A DNA stretch of 64,000 nt from the human T2T-CHM13v2.0 reference genome, Homo sapiens. A model generated the notes under the pieces. That model worked only from the letters and a program-made list of their open reading frames with translations. It was not told the origin of the DNA and made no database searches. Below are positions 44,686-59,945 of this stretch, piece after piece. The translations under genes and the position numbers were made by a program. The DNA lies in NCBI RefSeq assembly GCF_009914755.1, contig NC_060934.1; one strand, 5' to 3'. Every line of letters begins with the position of its first letter. The first letter of the stretch is position 1.

Positions 44686-45304
44686 AAAATCAAGAGGAAA
44701 CTTCTTAAAATGCAAATTGGATCATGCCCCTCCCCTGTTAAAGCTATTACAATAGTTATCAATGCTTTGGAACAAAATTCAAACAGCCTAGCATGTATGA
44801 AAATGTCAAAATAACTTATTGTCTGTCTTCCTTTCTAAACTCTTACCACTCTACTCCTCCATTCAGTAACTTTTAGAAACAGTGCCTCCTTCCTGTTCTT
44901 TAGGTATAACAAGCAATTCCAAATTTTAGCATCTTTGCAATTACTCTTCTCTGCCTGAAACATTCCTTCAGTGTTTTAAAATTGCTGCCACACTCTTATC
45001 CTTACTAACTAACTAAAATTCGATCTCCTCAGAGTGTAAAAGACTGCTTTGACTGAAAGTGATTTATCTCTTAGGCCAATTTTCTTTTCATCATATCATC
45101 CTGCTTCCTTCCTATCACTCATCATAACTACTTTATCCATATCTTTCTTTACTCCCTGTCTCTTTCTACAAAAATGTAAACTCCATGAAAATGGAAATCT
45201 TATCTGTCTTATCTATCTCCATATGGCTAAGTGTTCGATAGATTTATTGGCCCGTAGTACGTACTCAATAAAACAACAAAATAAGTGAATAAAAAGACAA
45301 TAAA

Positions 45305-45475
45305 TGGATAAAAGAAAAAGAAAGAAAGGAAGGAGGGAGAGAGGGAGGGAGGGAGGAAAAGAAGGGAAAAGAGAGAGAGGAAGGGGGGGAGAGAAAGAGA
45401 GGGAGGAAGGAAGGAAGGAAGGAAAGAAGGAAGGAAGGAAAGAAGGAAGGAAGGAAAGAAGGAAGGAAGGAAGGG
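45305..45475 (+). repeat. GA-rich (GGAA/GGGA)n microsatellite
   Basis: Direct observation. Confidence 0.96.
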
Positions 45476-47380
45476 GCTCTGAAAACGTGCCATAAGTAAG
45501 GCAAGTGTGATAATCCCCTCCCTTGTATATTAGAACACCATGTAACAATGCATCAAAGGGAGAAACCCAGGACTCCAGAGCTACTATAACACGTAGCTGA
45601 GACCAGGATCAAGGTCTTCTGATTTCTAATCCTGTGCTCACCACAGCCTAACACACTGTCTTTCAGCCTTCTCTGATTGATGTGGTTCTTTTGAAGCTAA
45701 ATGTAAGGCTTCAGATTTAATAAATAAGGCATTTGAAGGAGAAAATTATTCTCTATGCATTAATTGGTGAGTTCATATGTTTTTGCATTTACATCTCCTA
45801 CTTGCATTTTGATTAGCAATTACTTCTGTCAATTTAACACCAACATTTTCCGTAATCAGAGACATGTTATACCTTGGAACAGACTCAATGAGTCCCTGAA
45901 ACTGGTGAGACAGCACTTCAATCCCTTCACCTTGGCTGCTCTAGTAGTGAACATGCCTGACTACCAGTCTGATTTCCTAAATCTCCTCTGAGATTTTAGA
46001 TGGTTAGAAATACTTTTGACATATGCTTGGCTTCAGCTCATTGCAAATACAAAAACGCTTGTTCCAAATACAAGCCTCATTTTTTTCTATTATTATTGTT
46101 AGTATCATTATTAGTATTACCTGTATCACTCTTCTGAAGTCACTTTTAAAGAGATTCCATATCCTGAGAAAGAGAAATCCCTGAAAATTACATTTGATCA
46201 GTAAATTTAGTGAGGCATAAATGGTATAATTAGTATTTGATTGAAATTTCTATCCTCCTTTAGTAGTAAATATATTGTAAGAGATTGTTTGTCATCTATT
46301 CGATAATTTCTTATCCCTTCTCTCTTGCTTAAAGAATCTCAATTTTTAAATATTAGGCGGCTTAAGGCAGGTGACTGAGGAACTGAAAGGGATGACTATG
46401 CTGCCATCCCAACCATACAGGATGAATTTTGAACACTCTATACTAAGCCTAGTAATTCCGTTCCTCTCGCCATTTAGCAAGGTCATGTTTCTTTGACATG
46501 CATGAAGACTCTTAAAAATTTTAACTCTGCTTATGTTTCTACTCCTCCTCCACCTGTACACTGGCGTCCAGGTACCCTTCACCTAATTGTAGTTCTTTCT
46601 CCTGTCTTGACCTCCGTATCCTTGCAAATGTGCTGAGCCATAATTCCAACTATCCAACTCTTGACTCATTCATCAAAGCCCAACTGGAATGTCAACAAAT
46701 GGCTACATCTTTGCATAATTTTCTCCATGGCAGAATTTAAAGTCTCTGTATTTTAAAACATGATTCCATGTGCTTCCATTATATTACTTATCACAATGTA
46801 TTCCTGTCATTTGCTTATGTACCTCTTTATTCTATGAGAATGCCAATTACTTGATAGCAAAGATCATGACTCAACCATGTTTGCGTTCTTAAAACCTAGC
46901 ACAGTGATTAAAAGATAGAAAATACTCAGCCATTTTTCAAGTGATTGACTGTATCCTGTACAGGATAGAAAATTACTTCTCAATATGATGTCTTCTTCAT
47001 TGTATGTTTCCCATGTTCATGATAATCTCACATTCCACATACCCTCCTCAAGACTTTTTTCTGTTTTATACTTTCTAGCTATTATTATTTCAAAGGGTTT
47101 TATTTAGAAGAGGGTATCAAAAAGATTATGTATAGCTTAATATCTTAAATTGGCAGCAGCTATATTTATAAAAGACATTAAAGTATGGCAATTTAATATT
47201 CTATTCACTAAAATATTTGACTAATTATACCTCTAAATCTTTACCTGTCATTAAACAAATGATTATCTGAAGTGATTTAAGACTCTTTGGATTGGTTTAT
47301 TTTACTAATTAATAAGCAAAAGACTGTTTAAATTGACTTATGGTCACATAATTGTTAAAAAATAACTGTTATTGTTGAAA

Positions 47381-47430
47381 ATGATGATGATGATGATGAT
47401 AATAATGATGATGATGACTATGATAATAAG
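47381..47430. repeat. (ATG/ATA)n trinucleotide repeat
   Basis: Direct observation. Confidence 0.92.
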
Positions 47431-47444
47431 AGCACGATGACAGA

Positions 47445-47939
47445 AGTGGGTCACTTTGTATTTTCTAAAGATGGATACAATATTATTCCTCATCTCACAT
47501 GCTCCTTTTGACCTTTACACTCTTTCCATTGAAAGATGGGGTTCGTGTCTCCTCTCCTTTGAATCCGGGAGGCTTTTAACTTGCTTGTAACCAAGACTAT
47601 GACAGAAGTGACACTCTATGATTTCCAAAGTTAGGATACAAAAGGCAATATGGCGTGTGCTTTGTTAACTGTAACTTATTCTTGGATCCCTGAAATGTCA
47701 CACAAAAAGCCCGACTATCCAGTGGCTACCATGCTGTGAGAAAGCCAAGCCCCATAAGAGGCTAAATGTCACCTTCCTCAGTCTTCTACTCCTTAGTCCA
47801 GATGTCAGACATGCACAAGAAGGAGTCTGTACCCTTTCTAAATTCCTGACCCATAGAATGTGAGAGCATGATACATTGATGGTTGTTTTATACCATTATG
47901 TGTGGAGTAATTTGTTATGCAGCAATAATAACTGGAACA
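47445..47939 (+). mobile_element. MLT1G/H-like MaLR LTR
   Basis: CCATGCTGTGAGAAAGCCAAGC...AAATTCCTGACCCATAGAAT...TTTGTTATGCAGCAATAATAACTGGAACA. Confidence 0.8.
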
Positions 47940-47954
47940 AAGAGTGTGACAAGG

Positions 47955-48352
47955 AATGTTTATGTGTTCATCAGTCCTATTTCTTCTTAGGCACAGAGGA
48001 AGAGGGCATTCACCAGCTCCTTTGCAGTTTATTCAGGTCCTTTTGATGGATTTTGTCCAATGAGATGTAGAGGAAAGTACATTGCATTGAGGTCTGGCCA
48101 CCAAACTTCCTATTCAATTATCTACTCTCTCTCCCATTTCTGCAGTGACATGGAGGCCAGCTTATACAGATGGCAAAATCACAAGATTGAAAGATACTGA
48201 ATCATTGAGTCACTACCTTGTAGAGACCTATTCAGGAAAACAGGCTGGCATCAGACCAACGTAAGGTTGATAAATAAACCATCATTGCAATAAGCTACTG
48301 AGATCTGGGGGTTGTATTACAGCAAGTAGTATTTGTTATTCTAACTACTACA
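47955..48352 (+). mobile_element. MLT1I/J-like MaLR LTR
   Basis: GAATCATTGAGTCACTAC...ATAAACC...TAAGCTACTGAGATCTGGGGGTTG...CTACTACA. Confidence 0.65.
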
Positions 48353-49515
48353 AAAACTAATACTCACTAAGCAGTTACAATGCCCTAGAAATTTTACTAA
48401 ATGGCTTGCATACATTAACCCTTTTAAACTCTGATGAACCATCCTTACGTAGGTATCTTTGTTATCCCCATTTTACAAATGCAAATCTGAAGTTAAAAGA
48501 CTACATGACTTACATAGGGTTACAAAGATATTCCAAAGAATGGGAATTTCCTTGAAGACGGAGGCAAACCTAAAATAAGTTTGTACTCTAAGAGTTAAAT
48601 AAGCAAAATCCACTGGAAGAGATTAGCTATTTGTAAATGCATTGTCAATGTGAGTTTTTGGTAAATGGGAGTCGTGAATTTAATCCCAAACCATTAATTT
48701 TAGAGACAAAAGAAGATATATAAAAATCCCTGGTTTTATTTTAATTTTATATTTTTTAGTAAACAGACCACTATGGAATTGTTAAAATGTATTTTACAGC
48801 CATTTTTAAGGTTACAAATAATTTTTGTTATGGGATCTTTCTATATTTTATGACTTTAATTAAATTTCTGATTTCTGTTCCAAACATTGCAATATAAGAC
48901 AGTATAAAACACACTTTAATCATTAAATTTATAGATAATTTTGTGACTTTTTAGAGCTTATAACACCAAGGGACTGATAATAGAGGATAATGTGCATAAA
49001 ATACACTCCGGCACATTCCACAAACTCTATCCTTAGGATCTTTTTTTCCCATAACCCAGCCACTAATACATACACTAAGAAAGTCTCATCCGGGCTGTTC
49101 TACAATTGCCATCATCTTTAAAGAGTAATCTTGTCACCTGAACTAGGTGAAATGAAGAACTTTTAAAACAACCACACGGATCCGACTTTGCAGAAGCTTC
49201 TACGAAGACAAATAGCATCAAACAGACATGTACTGTGCATTCATAATTACATTAGTGGCCACAAAATACAATGCTTAGTACACATCCTTGGAACTCTTAA
49301 AACCATCTTAAATAAGAGATCAAGCAAATTTAATTCTTTGTGAAAATATATCTCAAGGTAGTTTCTACTGTCCTTAATTTTTGTAGTATAAAATTTAACA
49401 AAGTAACATCGCATGTTCTTGTCCTTAATTCCTTGGGGTCTAATGATTACATTTTGAACAAATGTCCAATTTGGAAACCAAATCAACCACTTTATTTAAT
49501 GCAGAACACTATAAC

Positions 49516-49821
<306 letters not shown>

Positions 49822-52096
49822 TGAATCTTCCTTATTTCATATAGCCTACATTCTTTTGTGGGAACAAAGAAAACAGATAAATAAATGAATAAATATGTAA
49901 TACGTCAATCATCATGACAAACGCTACGCAAGCATAAAATTGAGCAAGAAGATGAAGAGTAGCTGCGGTGGGAGATGCTATTTTTAGATGTGGCTCTATA
50001 TAGGATCTGTGTAGGGTGTTGGATAAGGCAAGGATGAAGCTGACCTGAAGAGGCCTCCTGTGCAGAGTCTTGGAAGAGAGCATCACAGTTAGAGAGCACA
50101 GTAAGTGGACAGATGCCAGAAGCATGGGCCTGTCTGAGGAATTAGGGGAACAGCCAGCAGGCCAATGTGTCTGAATCTCAGGGAGCAGGGAAGAGTAGTA
50201 GTAGGATAAGTGCTCTTTAACAAATTGCCCAAAAAGTGATTCTTGAGATTTATGTGTTTATAACTGTTCCATCAACAAAGGGAAGTCTATGGAGTCTAAA
50301 GGCTCCCATGGTATAAAAACATTGAGCTGTTGTATTCTCCTATGGTAAGAGAAAATGTTCTTCAGGCATTCAGGTGCCTGAAGACCCTGAATCTCTTGCT
50401 GTGACTTTCCCTACCAGTATAGGACCTCAAGTGCCTCTATTCACTTAGAGAACTTTTGCTATCAGACTCCAGAATATTTTTCCCGTTGAAACTCCATTAT
50501 TTAGTTTACAGATACTGGAGTTATAAAATTCCCAGTCTCCCTCCATTAGCTACATCAAAGTCTGTTTTCTAAAATTCATCATTTTATAAGTTGTATTCCC
50601 ATATTATTTTCTCCAGAAGGCTGATTCAACTCTCCAAAAGTTGTTTTTGAAATGTAGATATGCAGAGAAACTTTATGTTTGAAGAGGTTAGCATTCCTTA
50701 AGAGTTTTTAGGATAAAAACAAGTTTTTGTACCAAAATAATAAAACTTACTAGATTGAATACTTAATATAAATCTAACTTATTTAATACTTATACAAGTT
50801 TATAATAGTATGACATTTAATAATTCACTTAACAAAAAGCAAACCAAAAACTCTAAGATTCTGCAAGTAACCGTCTTCCCCATATTACCCTTCCATTCAC
50901 AATGTTAGCCATTTCCCCTGAACACCTGGAGATGTTTTCAAAGGGAGATGCTTGGCTCCTTATATTCAGCTACTTTGAGTCAAAAGCTCTGAGCTGCACT
51001 TGTGTAGAGCTCTCTGAGTGCAGGACTAGACTGCATCAAAGTCCTATTGGACCATGGACTCCCCTGCCAGTCCAGTGGTGTTGACCCTTTGGTGAAAGAG
51101 CACTTCCCAGAACGACTTCAAGCTGAACATCTTTCTCTCAGAATGAGCAACTGAGATCACTAACTAGCGCGGCTTTTGTAGCTTAACACGTTTCCTGAAT
51201 ATCTTTTTCTTACTCTAGTCACCTCTGCTCCCTTAGTCAAAAGTTTCTTCAAATGGGATACACAAGAGGAGGGCCATTAAATGTGCTGAGAGCATAAGAC
51301 TTCTTGCTGACCAGTGCCAGCAGGCGTTCCAAGGTTTCCCTACCTTATACTCTGTTTTCAGAAGAAGCAGCAAGAGTACTGTTACAGACTTCTTTCCACT
51401 AAGGTTTGATTTAAATTTGCATATAAAACTAAGGTTACTTTGCTATTGGCCTTTTACGAAGTTCCCTTAGGAATCCCCCTGGTAGGTGGTTTCTTTACAA
51501 ACTGGTCCTGACACTAGAAAAGAGTCATATTACTTCCAGAAGGGACAAAGTGTTTTAACTGGCATTCCATGAGTCCTGTGAGGTTGAAGAGCAGAGTAAC
51601 TTAGATGAACTTAGGAAATCTGCCTAACACTGAAAAATGAAAAGCTATGAAGTCTTTGTACATTAAATAAATTGGAAATGGTGCCTGAATAAATTCTCCA
51701 CAGTCAACAAAGTATCAGAAAAGCATGAAGGGGAGAAGCGCACATTTGATAGCCGTTAGGACTATGGAGAGAAAGTGTTCCCTGGGGTTAGAAAAACTGG
51801 CTTGACAGGGAACTATGATCATTAGTGCCAAGCACCGGGAACTGTCGCCCTGTGGGTGGAGACAATGCACCACAGGGCCTCAAGCAGTACCATCAGGACC
51901 CAGAAACTAGTGAGCTTACCAATTTATTCTCCAAATTGGGCACTTAAAAGGCAGTATAATCCAGTACTGTCCTGTGCAAGCCAAGCCATACATATATATA
52001 CTCATCCTGTCACTATATTTTAAACTCACTTAGCATATACTTATTTTATGTAAACTCATTTGTAATCCCAATAATCTTCAGACACAATTAATACTA

Positions 52097-52797
52097 CACT
52101 GCCCCCAACCCCCTTATCCACAGGGGTTATGTTCTAATACCTCCAGTGAATGCCAGAAACCTCGGATAGTAATGAATCTGATTGCCATCAGTCCGAACAC
52201 ATTTCCATTTCTGTCTTCCACCCACAAATTTAATGCCTTTTCCATCTTAACTAAGCACTTATCATACCCTGTGGCTGTGACTTTTGAGTCTGAAGAGTGA
52301 TAGCAAAACTAATACCAGTTTCTTTTTCCTTCTTTACAACCCTACAGATAGAAGATTCATTCTTACTGTAGATCTTAGTAACCTTGGCATATGATTTTTT
52401 TTCTTTCCTTAATAAGTCAAGAACTTTCACCTTTTCACTTAAAGGAAGCACTTTACAGCTTCTTTGGCATATCAGGATTGCCTGCATCACTACGTGCACT
52501 TTGGGGTCATCATGAAGTAAAATAAGGGTTACTTGAACACAAGAACTGCAATACTATATGACTAATGGGAGGGGAGCACAGACAACATGGATCTGATGGA
52601 CAAAGGGATGATTTACATCCCAGGCAGGACAGAATGGAACAGCATGAGGTTTCATCACACTACTCAGAAGAGTGCACGATTTAAAACTTATAAATTGTTT
52701 AACTCTGGAATTTCTTATTTAATATTATCAGACAGTGGTTGACCACAGATAAGTGAAACCATGAAAATCAAAACCATGAATAAGGGGATGTCTACTT
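52097..52797 (-). mobile_element. MER44C/D-like Tigger7 deletion derivative
   Basis: TIR-like ends CCCCTTATCC / GAATAAGGGG. The minus-strand remnant RSCKVLPLSEKVKVLDLLRKEKKSYAKVTKIYSKNESSI is a pogo/CENP-B N-terminal HTH. Confidence 0.85.
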
Positions 52798-53383
52798 CTC
52801 TATAACATGAAACAACAACAACAAAATGACATGACAGAATACAGCTGATGAATTTCAACATTCTATAAACCTTAAAAATTGAGTTTCAAAACATACCATA
52901 ATCAAAGGCGAGGCTAAAATTTAATTTTACGTGTTGAACAAATAATGCAAAAATATCAAAAGGAATGTAAAAACTCCCTTGCAACCTTTGGAGAAGGGTG
53001 GGTTCTGGTAATTAAACAACTTTATTTGAAAAGCATCAGGGCATGAATATAAAATTTGGAAATTAAAACAAAAAAACAAGAGTTTGATCCAGAAAAGAAA
53101 GGGTGAGAAAAAGAGTACCTGGATGAATGGCAAGCCATGAGGGTGAAAAGAAGAGTAGAGGAGGGTGGAGAGTACAGCCTGGGACCCTAGACTGTGAATA
53201 GAAAGGGTTAGCAGAAGTCATTCTAGGTGGTCGTGTAGCTCCAGGAACCTCGAAGAAAAGACAATTCTAATATTCAAATATTTGGGATGATTAGATGTAT
53301 AAAGGAAAACTAATAAAAAGGTGAGTGGATTCTTGGAAAAGCCAGGCAGGATTTTCGTAAAGGCTAAAACAAAATCTCTAAGG

Positions 53384-53706
53384 CAAGGTTAGTAAACTTT
53401 TTCTGTAAAGGGTCAGGTAGTAAATATTTTAAGCTTTGTGAGCCATTATAGTCTCCTCATAACTCCTCAACCTTGCCATTGTAGCACAGAGTCATAGATA
53501 TAAACCAATGGCTGAGTCACGTTTCAATATGATTTATGGACAGTAAAATTAGAATTTTATACCATTTTCATGAGTCACAATATCATATTCTTCTTTTGAA
53601 TTTTTTCAACCATTTAAAAACATTAAAACCATTCTTAGGCCACAGGCCATACAAAACATATAGTGGATCAAACGTGACCCAAAGGCCAAAATATGCCACC
53701 TGCTGA
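53384..53706. mobile_element. MER58B-like hAT DNA transposon
   Basis: AAACTTTTTCTGTAAAGGGTCAGGTAGTAAATATTTTAAGCTTTGTGAGCC...CAGGCCATACAAA. Confidence 0.85.
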
Positions 53707-54315
53707 TCTAAAATAGTAAATAATGATTCACATATATGAGAAATAAAAAATAAAAGAGAACCTCCATACATTAGAAATGTTTGGCAAACAGTCACTTATA
53801 AAGTAGAAAGGTATTATTAATTTTATAATATTTGAGATATCAGCATTTTTAATAGTCCATGCAAGTTTTTCTAATTAGCCCTAATTTGTAATTTGGTATG
53901 ATTTTATCTATTTAAAATTAGCTATTTTCTGAGGTGTTGGCTATGGAGTTGATTATTTTTTAATGAACTTTATTAATATCTAATTTACATGCAACTTTAA
54001 ATGCAGTTTGATGAGTTTTGGCAAACGTATCCTCCAATGTAACCACCTCAAATGATCGGTTTTCATAAAAGAGTCTGCTGAGAATTTAAGACAGTGATAA
54101 ATCAATCTGTAAGTCAATCTGGGAATAACTGACATCTTAATATTGAATCTCCAACTTCAGGAATATGATCAATCCCTTCAGATATTTAGGTGTTTTTAAT
54201 TTTTTTAATGTTGTATTATAATTTTCAGAGTATAGATATTATATTTGTTTTGTTAAAATTATTACCGCTTATTTTATAATTTTGGATGCTGTGATATAGT
54301 CTACTTTATAAATAA

Positions 54316-54702
<387 letters not shown>

Positions 54703-57700
54703 CTAATTTGCATTTGAAGCATGGACAGTCTCATTTTTTTCATCATCTTGGGAAACACTGTTCAGTCCTTTACTTTTACATACAATGATACTTAAAAGTA
54801 GAAATTCAGTAGTGTTCTTCCATTTTCCCCTGCAGGGAAGAAACTGATGACATCATGTAAAGTAAAAATATAAATGGTAACATGTACAGCTGAGACTTGA
54901 ACTCAGGTCTTCTGATTTTACACAATATTCTTTCATTATTGGACCATTTCCAAACTTAATTCCAGAGAATTGTAATTGGATAAGATAACATTCTACATTG
55001 GTTAGTGACTATCTGAAACTGTAAAAGTCTTTCCCTTTAGCAGTTTGAGTATGAAACTTCAAATAGCCAGAAGCTCAGCCTGGAAGACACATAAAGAAAA
55101 GATGTCTACAAGGCCACCAAGAAAAAAAAAATGTTAAGGAAGAAAATGACAGAAATTTATAGAAGTTGTGACACTGCAGGTAATCTCAATTGAGAAAGTT
55201 ATATTTAATTCCAGGAAAAGCCATAAATCTGTTCATTCCTGTAGGTGAAATAGAATCAGACCCAAAGATTGGATTGTTATATAAGCTGATATTTTATATT
55301 GGACTGTGTCCCAATTCTAGAAGCCATGTAAATGATTCATGTAAAAACAATTAATGTAAACTGGGCCATGTAAATTTATCTTATTTTTCTTTGTTTCCTC
55401 AAAAATTAACCTTCATCAAGTCAGATATGCAAAATATGTTCCTATTCCCTGATATATAGAGTTAGAAAACTGACACAGAAAATGCAAACTTGAGTTATGG
55501 ACCTGAAAATCTACACACTTGGCTTTGGAAAGTATCTCTATATTTTTGAAGCGCCTTTGATAAGGCACATATGAAAATTCACAAACAAAACATGTGAAAT
55601 CTACATTCTGAATGCCCGTTATAGGAAAAATTTTACCTGAATCTTGTTTCTTTTTGTGAGGATACTTCACTGCGGGCCACTTATACTACCCTCTCTCTCA
55701 ATTCAATTATGTACTCTTTTAAAATTTCCTCCATTTGTGGTTAAATGTCTTTTACCAAAAAAAGATGAACATTGAGAGTTCAGTTCTCATTTATGTTTTA
55801 AGGGGTCTATAAAAATTATGTGCAGAATTATAATACTACCTTAAATTAATATAGGTTCAAAAGCATAATTTGCATTTAACAGTCTATCATTTAGATACCT
55901 GATGTTAATAAGCATAAGTATCCTCTTATTTAAACATTGCCTTATAAAAGAAGAGATTTCTTGATTTAGGACTTTGCCCTTCATGTTGCTCTACAAGCAT
56001 GCTTATGTAGTTAATATTCGTCAAGATATGCAAAAATATTAATTAGCTTCAGTAGGTCTAGTAAGTACTAACTCTATGTGGTAATAATAGTAGTAGTAGC
56101 TATCTTCTTATTATAGCCTATTGTTTATTAAGCATTTCATTTCTATTAACTCATGTAAGCATAATAATCTTTTGAAGTAGGTTTAATACCATGTCTATCT
56201 TACAAAGGATGAAATTGAGGCTAAGTAAGATTTGTTTCTTGCTTTAGTTTTAACCATTATATTATGCACTCTTAATAGTTGTATAATTTACACATGTATA
56301 TTAAATATCAAACAGATCAAAATATTTAATACTGCTTATTCTCTGAGTGTGCTAAGTATGATAGTCTATAACCTCACTTGTCTACACACTGAGTCCAGTG
56401 GAAATAGCAATACTAAATGTCACAGTATTTAGTGACATTCTAAATATCTTAGAATTTTAAACAACTGCTAGCATAATTATTGATCAAAACAAATAGTAAA
56501 GACATAATCATATTTTTATAAAACCCTATAAAATGCCAAGTTCTGATCTTGAGTTAGTATTTTATTGTTTCAAAGGCACTGAAGAGTATTCATAAAAATT
56601 TAGACATAAAATGGGATTCTGATACACTTACAAATATCCTCAATAGCATAGCCTATCCCTCCCTGAGCTTGTATAATTACACATTTATTGCTTTAATGTT
56701 GACACTTTTTAGATACCTTGAAGAAAGGATCAAATACTTTGCAGTTCTAAGGCCAGAATATTGGCCAACATTAAATTTGACCTTGTAAAAAGAAGATTAT
56801 ACCAGATCAAGTTTATTCTCTTCTGTGAAAAAGGGACAGTCTTTAAGAAAAAAACGGATAGATTTTCATTTACTTGCACCTAAGTGAGAATTTATTTTTA
56901 TGCTATAACCCAGTTAGCGATTAAGTCCATAAGTTTATGGATCATTTTCCAAGGAATCCCTGTAGAAGTCGTGTAGAGGTTCCCCTAGAGGCTGCTTAGG
57001 GAACTGGGGGTATAGAGATAGAGACGATGACCCTCTGGGTATTCCTCCCTGGTTTCAAGTACAGCAGCTCTGATTTTATTTGCTTTATCTTTTTGACCAT
57101 AAAGTGTACTTAAAGAAATAATATATCTGCCTTAAAACTCAGAAAACACTCTTTCAAACCATGTACTTAGAGACATGTTCTCAGTTGCATGGAACATCAG
57201 ATACTAAAGGTTCTTAACACTAATGCTCTTAACTGAATCTCTCTAGCAGTGATTACAGTCAGATAAAGGACCAATATAATTTAATGTTTTATTAGTTATT
57301 TAGTTGAAGAAGCTAAGACTCTACATTTCATGTTTCTGATTGATACTAACTTGATAAATTCAACAACCAAACCAGAAAACAATCTGATAAATCATATGAA
57401 GAATCATATACAGTGTAATAGGATTAGGACTTAAAAACAAGAACAGAACAAATCAAAATAAAGGATGCATACATAGGCATACAAGATAAAAAAAAGGAAA
57501 AGGAAGTCAACCTCTATCCAATAAATATAATGTTTAAATGGAAAAAAATATAGGCTAATAGCAGTTGGCTATATTGGTAGAAATAACATAAGAACAAGTC
57601 TTCTAATTTATTTGACATTGGACAGGCACTAATTTGAATGTATTCTTGATAGTCTCTTTTGAGAAGTTTGTTGAAAATTAAATAAAGACTAGTGAAGAAC

Positions 57701-58594
57701 ACAAAATACTAAATTTTTCTTATGAGAAAAAGTTAACAGAAATGGAAGTATTTATCTTGAAAAAGAGATGACTATGGGAGAAAATTACTGCTCTCAAAGG
57801 CTATTAATAATTACAATAAATTGTTCTCCTGCCCTACAGAGGACCACTGTATATGAGGAATATGTAAAAATAATGGCAAGATAATTTGATTTGCTATAAG
57901 TAAGCTATCTTGATAATGAGGAAATGTAAAAATACTGGAACATCTAACTGGGAGAAGCTATAAGATGTTTTTTTCCATCCCTAGATAGCTTTAGTAAGAA
58001 GAAAAATGCATTCCGTACCCTGGTTCCCCTGTGCTATCTCACTGGTTTATATTCTCAAATATCCACTCAGGAATAGTGAAAATGGAGAGGTTTCACTCTG
58101 GCAAGACTATATCCTGAAGTTCATGTGCCTTCTTTACACTTTTAATGTTTCTTTTATGGATTCATCTACCTCTCAGCTTTGGGTTATTACTAGTCCACTA
58201 ATCCACAGAGGTAAGGCCTAAAAATTTTGCAACAAGAAAATTGGTAAAGTTTCTTGCTGCCCAGACATAGTCATTGGTACAGGGCCACATTTTCTAATCA
58301 CTTAGAAATAGTTGTAGGTTGCTCACAAGTATTTATCCTGAGGTTTCTCTTTGATATGGTAATTGGTTTGCTTTCAGGTTTTCCCAAGCCTCAGTGTACT
58401 AGATTCTTTGTCTTGACACCTTTAGACTTTGTCTTACAAGCTCTTCCACAGCATCCTGCTGCCCTGCCAGACTCCGTAATATTTATTGGCCCTTTTCTTT
58501 ACAAGGTCCACAAATGACTTATGGACTGCTCAGTATAGCCAGTGACATTCAGGCCTATCAGATATTAATACTACTGATGCTCCACTCATATATT

Positions 58595-59080
58595 CTCAGC
58601 ACTTCTATATCCATCTTACAGACTTACTAACAGTTAAGTCCAGAGGCTTAAAAATTGAATTCTATTCATACTTAAAAATTATATTCACCAGTCCCACTGA
58701 ATCTTCCTACAGCAAGCACCTGCTACCCTGCCTGAGAATTACTTTCTTTGGCCACAAAAGCTTGATTGGCCCTGAACATGAGGTTCAGGTGACACCTCTG
58801 AGGGTAGCTTTTCACCCAGGATGAATAGGTGGCTAAATATCCAGTTTGTTCATGTCAGGTAAGATAATTCTGAAGTGCTGAGGTGCATTCTGCAGTACTA
58901 CCCAGAGTTTAACAGCAGGATCAAGCCCCAAGCCCCAGTTGCCTGCAGTGACCCATAATTACACCTTCTTGGTTTTCTTCCCCTCTCTGCCTCACTTTGT
59001 CTCACTTTCTCTTAAATAGACTATTGATAACACAAATCCTTACTTCAGAGTCTGTCTTCAGGTGAATCCACTTAAGGTAT
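58595..59080 (+). mobile_element. LTR16-like ERVL LTR
   Basis: GAGGTGCATTCT..CCCAGAGTT..CAGGATCAAGCCCCAGTTGCC...AAATCCTTACTTCAGAGTCTG. Confidence 0.6.
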
Positions 59081-59760
59081 CTCCATATCTTTACATATGC
59101 ATTTTCCAAAGAATGTGCATTTTTTGGTAACATTTAAAAGAACATTTTACATTAATAATTGAGGGAAAACAATCCTGGTTTCTGTATATACAGTGTGCCT
59201 GCAACAAATTGTGCTCTCACGCCTGGGAAGGTGGAATATATGTCCCCAAACAGACAACTCCCAGACTGGGACCCTTGAAGTGTTTGTTGTTGCCAGCAAC
59301 TCCAAGTGAGATTTCTTGCAGAACACTCTGTGATTTTATGATCTAGGATGAGAGGGTTTGGCCATAAAATACCACGTTTTCCTATCAATTCCACTACAGT
59401 GATAAGAAAGATTCTTTCCTTTTTGTTCAACAAAAATAAAAAAGCAAATTACTTTATGTATTTTTCTTTGGCTTCTGATCATGCTAAGAGACACCTCAAC
59501 AAATCCTGCACCCAACAAATCCTATCTTTTCTGCACACGCAGCAGTAAAATGCACTCATTTGTGTAAGTTATAACCAAATACATAAGTAAAAGTGTTGTT
59601 TGTGACAGTAGATCTGACTTTGGGGATACATATGAACTTCTAAAGTTTTAATAGATTTCAGCATTGACATTACAGCATAGAAATAAAGCATTTCTTGCAG
59701 TCATCCCAGGCATTCCAGATGGTGAAGAACATTGCAATAATTCAATGGAAGGAAAAGCAA

Positions 59761-59766
59761 ACTTAC
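59761..59766 (-). other. CTNNA3: 5' splice donor CGG|GTAAGT
   Basis: Plus-strand ACTTAC lies directly next to the exon end; consensus donor, phase 0. Confidence 0.93.
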
Positions 59767-59918
59767 CCGAATCATCATGACTGAACATCTGATATCATGA
59801 ATTGTATCATAGATCTTCTTTGAGATGTCCACAAATTGATTATCATCCAACACATTCAATGAGCTTTTGCTTAAGGCTTCCAAGGCAACATTCACTTGTG
59901 TTACAAATTCAGGAATTA
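59767..59918 (-). CDS. CTNNA3: Internal coding exon of alpha-T-catenin (probably exon 13; M3-domain end)
   Basis: 152 bp = 2 nt + 50 codons: (V)IPEFVTQVNVALEALSKSSLNVLDDNQFVDISKKIYDTIHDIRCSVMMIR. Homologous to alpha-catenin 'VEAAVEALS..DENEFIDASRLVYDGIRDIRKAVLMIR'. Canonical splice sites on both sides. Confidence 0.95.
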
Positions 59919-59945
59919 CTGTTAAAATAAAGAATAAGGAGAAGA
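59919..59945 (-). other. CTNNA3: 3' splice acceptor with polypyrimidine tract
   Basis: Minus strand TCTTCTCCTTATTCTTTATTTTAACAG|TAATT. Confidence 0.92.

Larger units (their letters stand above)
43150..45290 (+). mobile_element. Fragmented L2 LINE, interrupted by MER33 and an LTR
   Basis: L2 motifs ATCATATACCCAATGGC, CTTCTTAAAATGCAAATTGGATCATG, AAATGTAAACTCCATGA and the 3' end TACTCAATAAA. Confidence 0.6.

Noticed and set aside
50903-51629. TGTTAG...CTAACA-bounded GC-richer segment as a possible unannotated LTR
   Set aside because: No TSD and no recognised family. A 6-bp inverted match is expected by chance.
52251-52499. Possible TIGD/CENP-B-like gene
   Set aside because: Only the N-terminal HTH remnant inside a ~700-bp non-autonomous MER44 element; no DDE domain.
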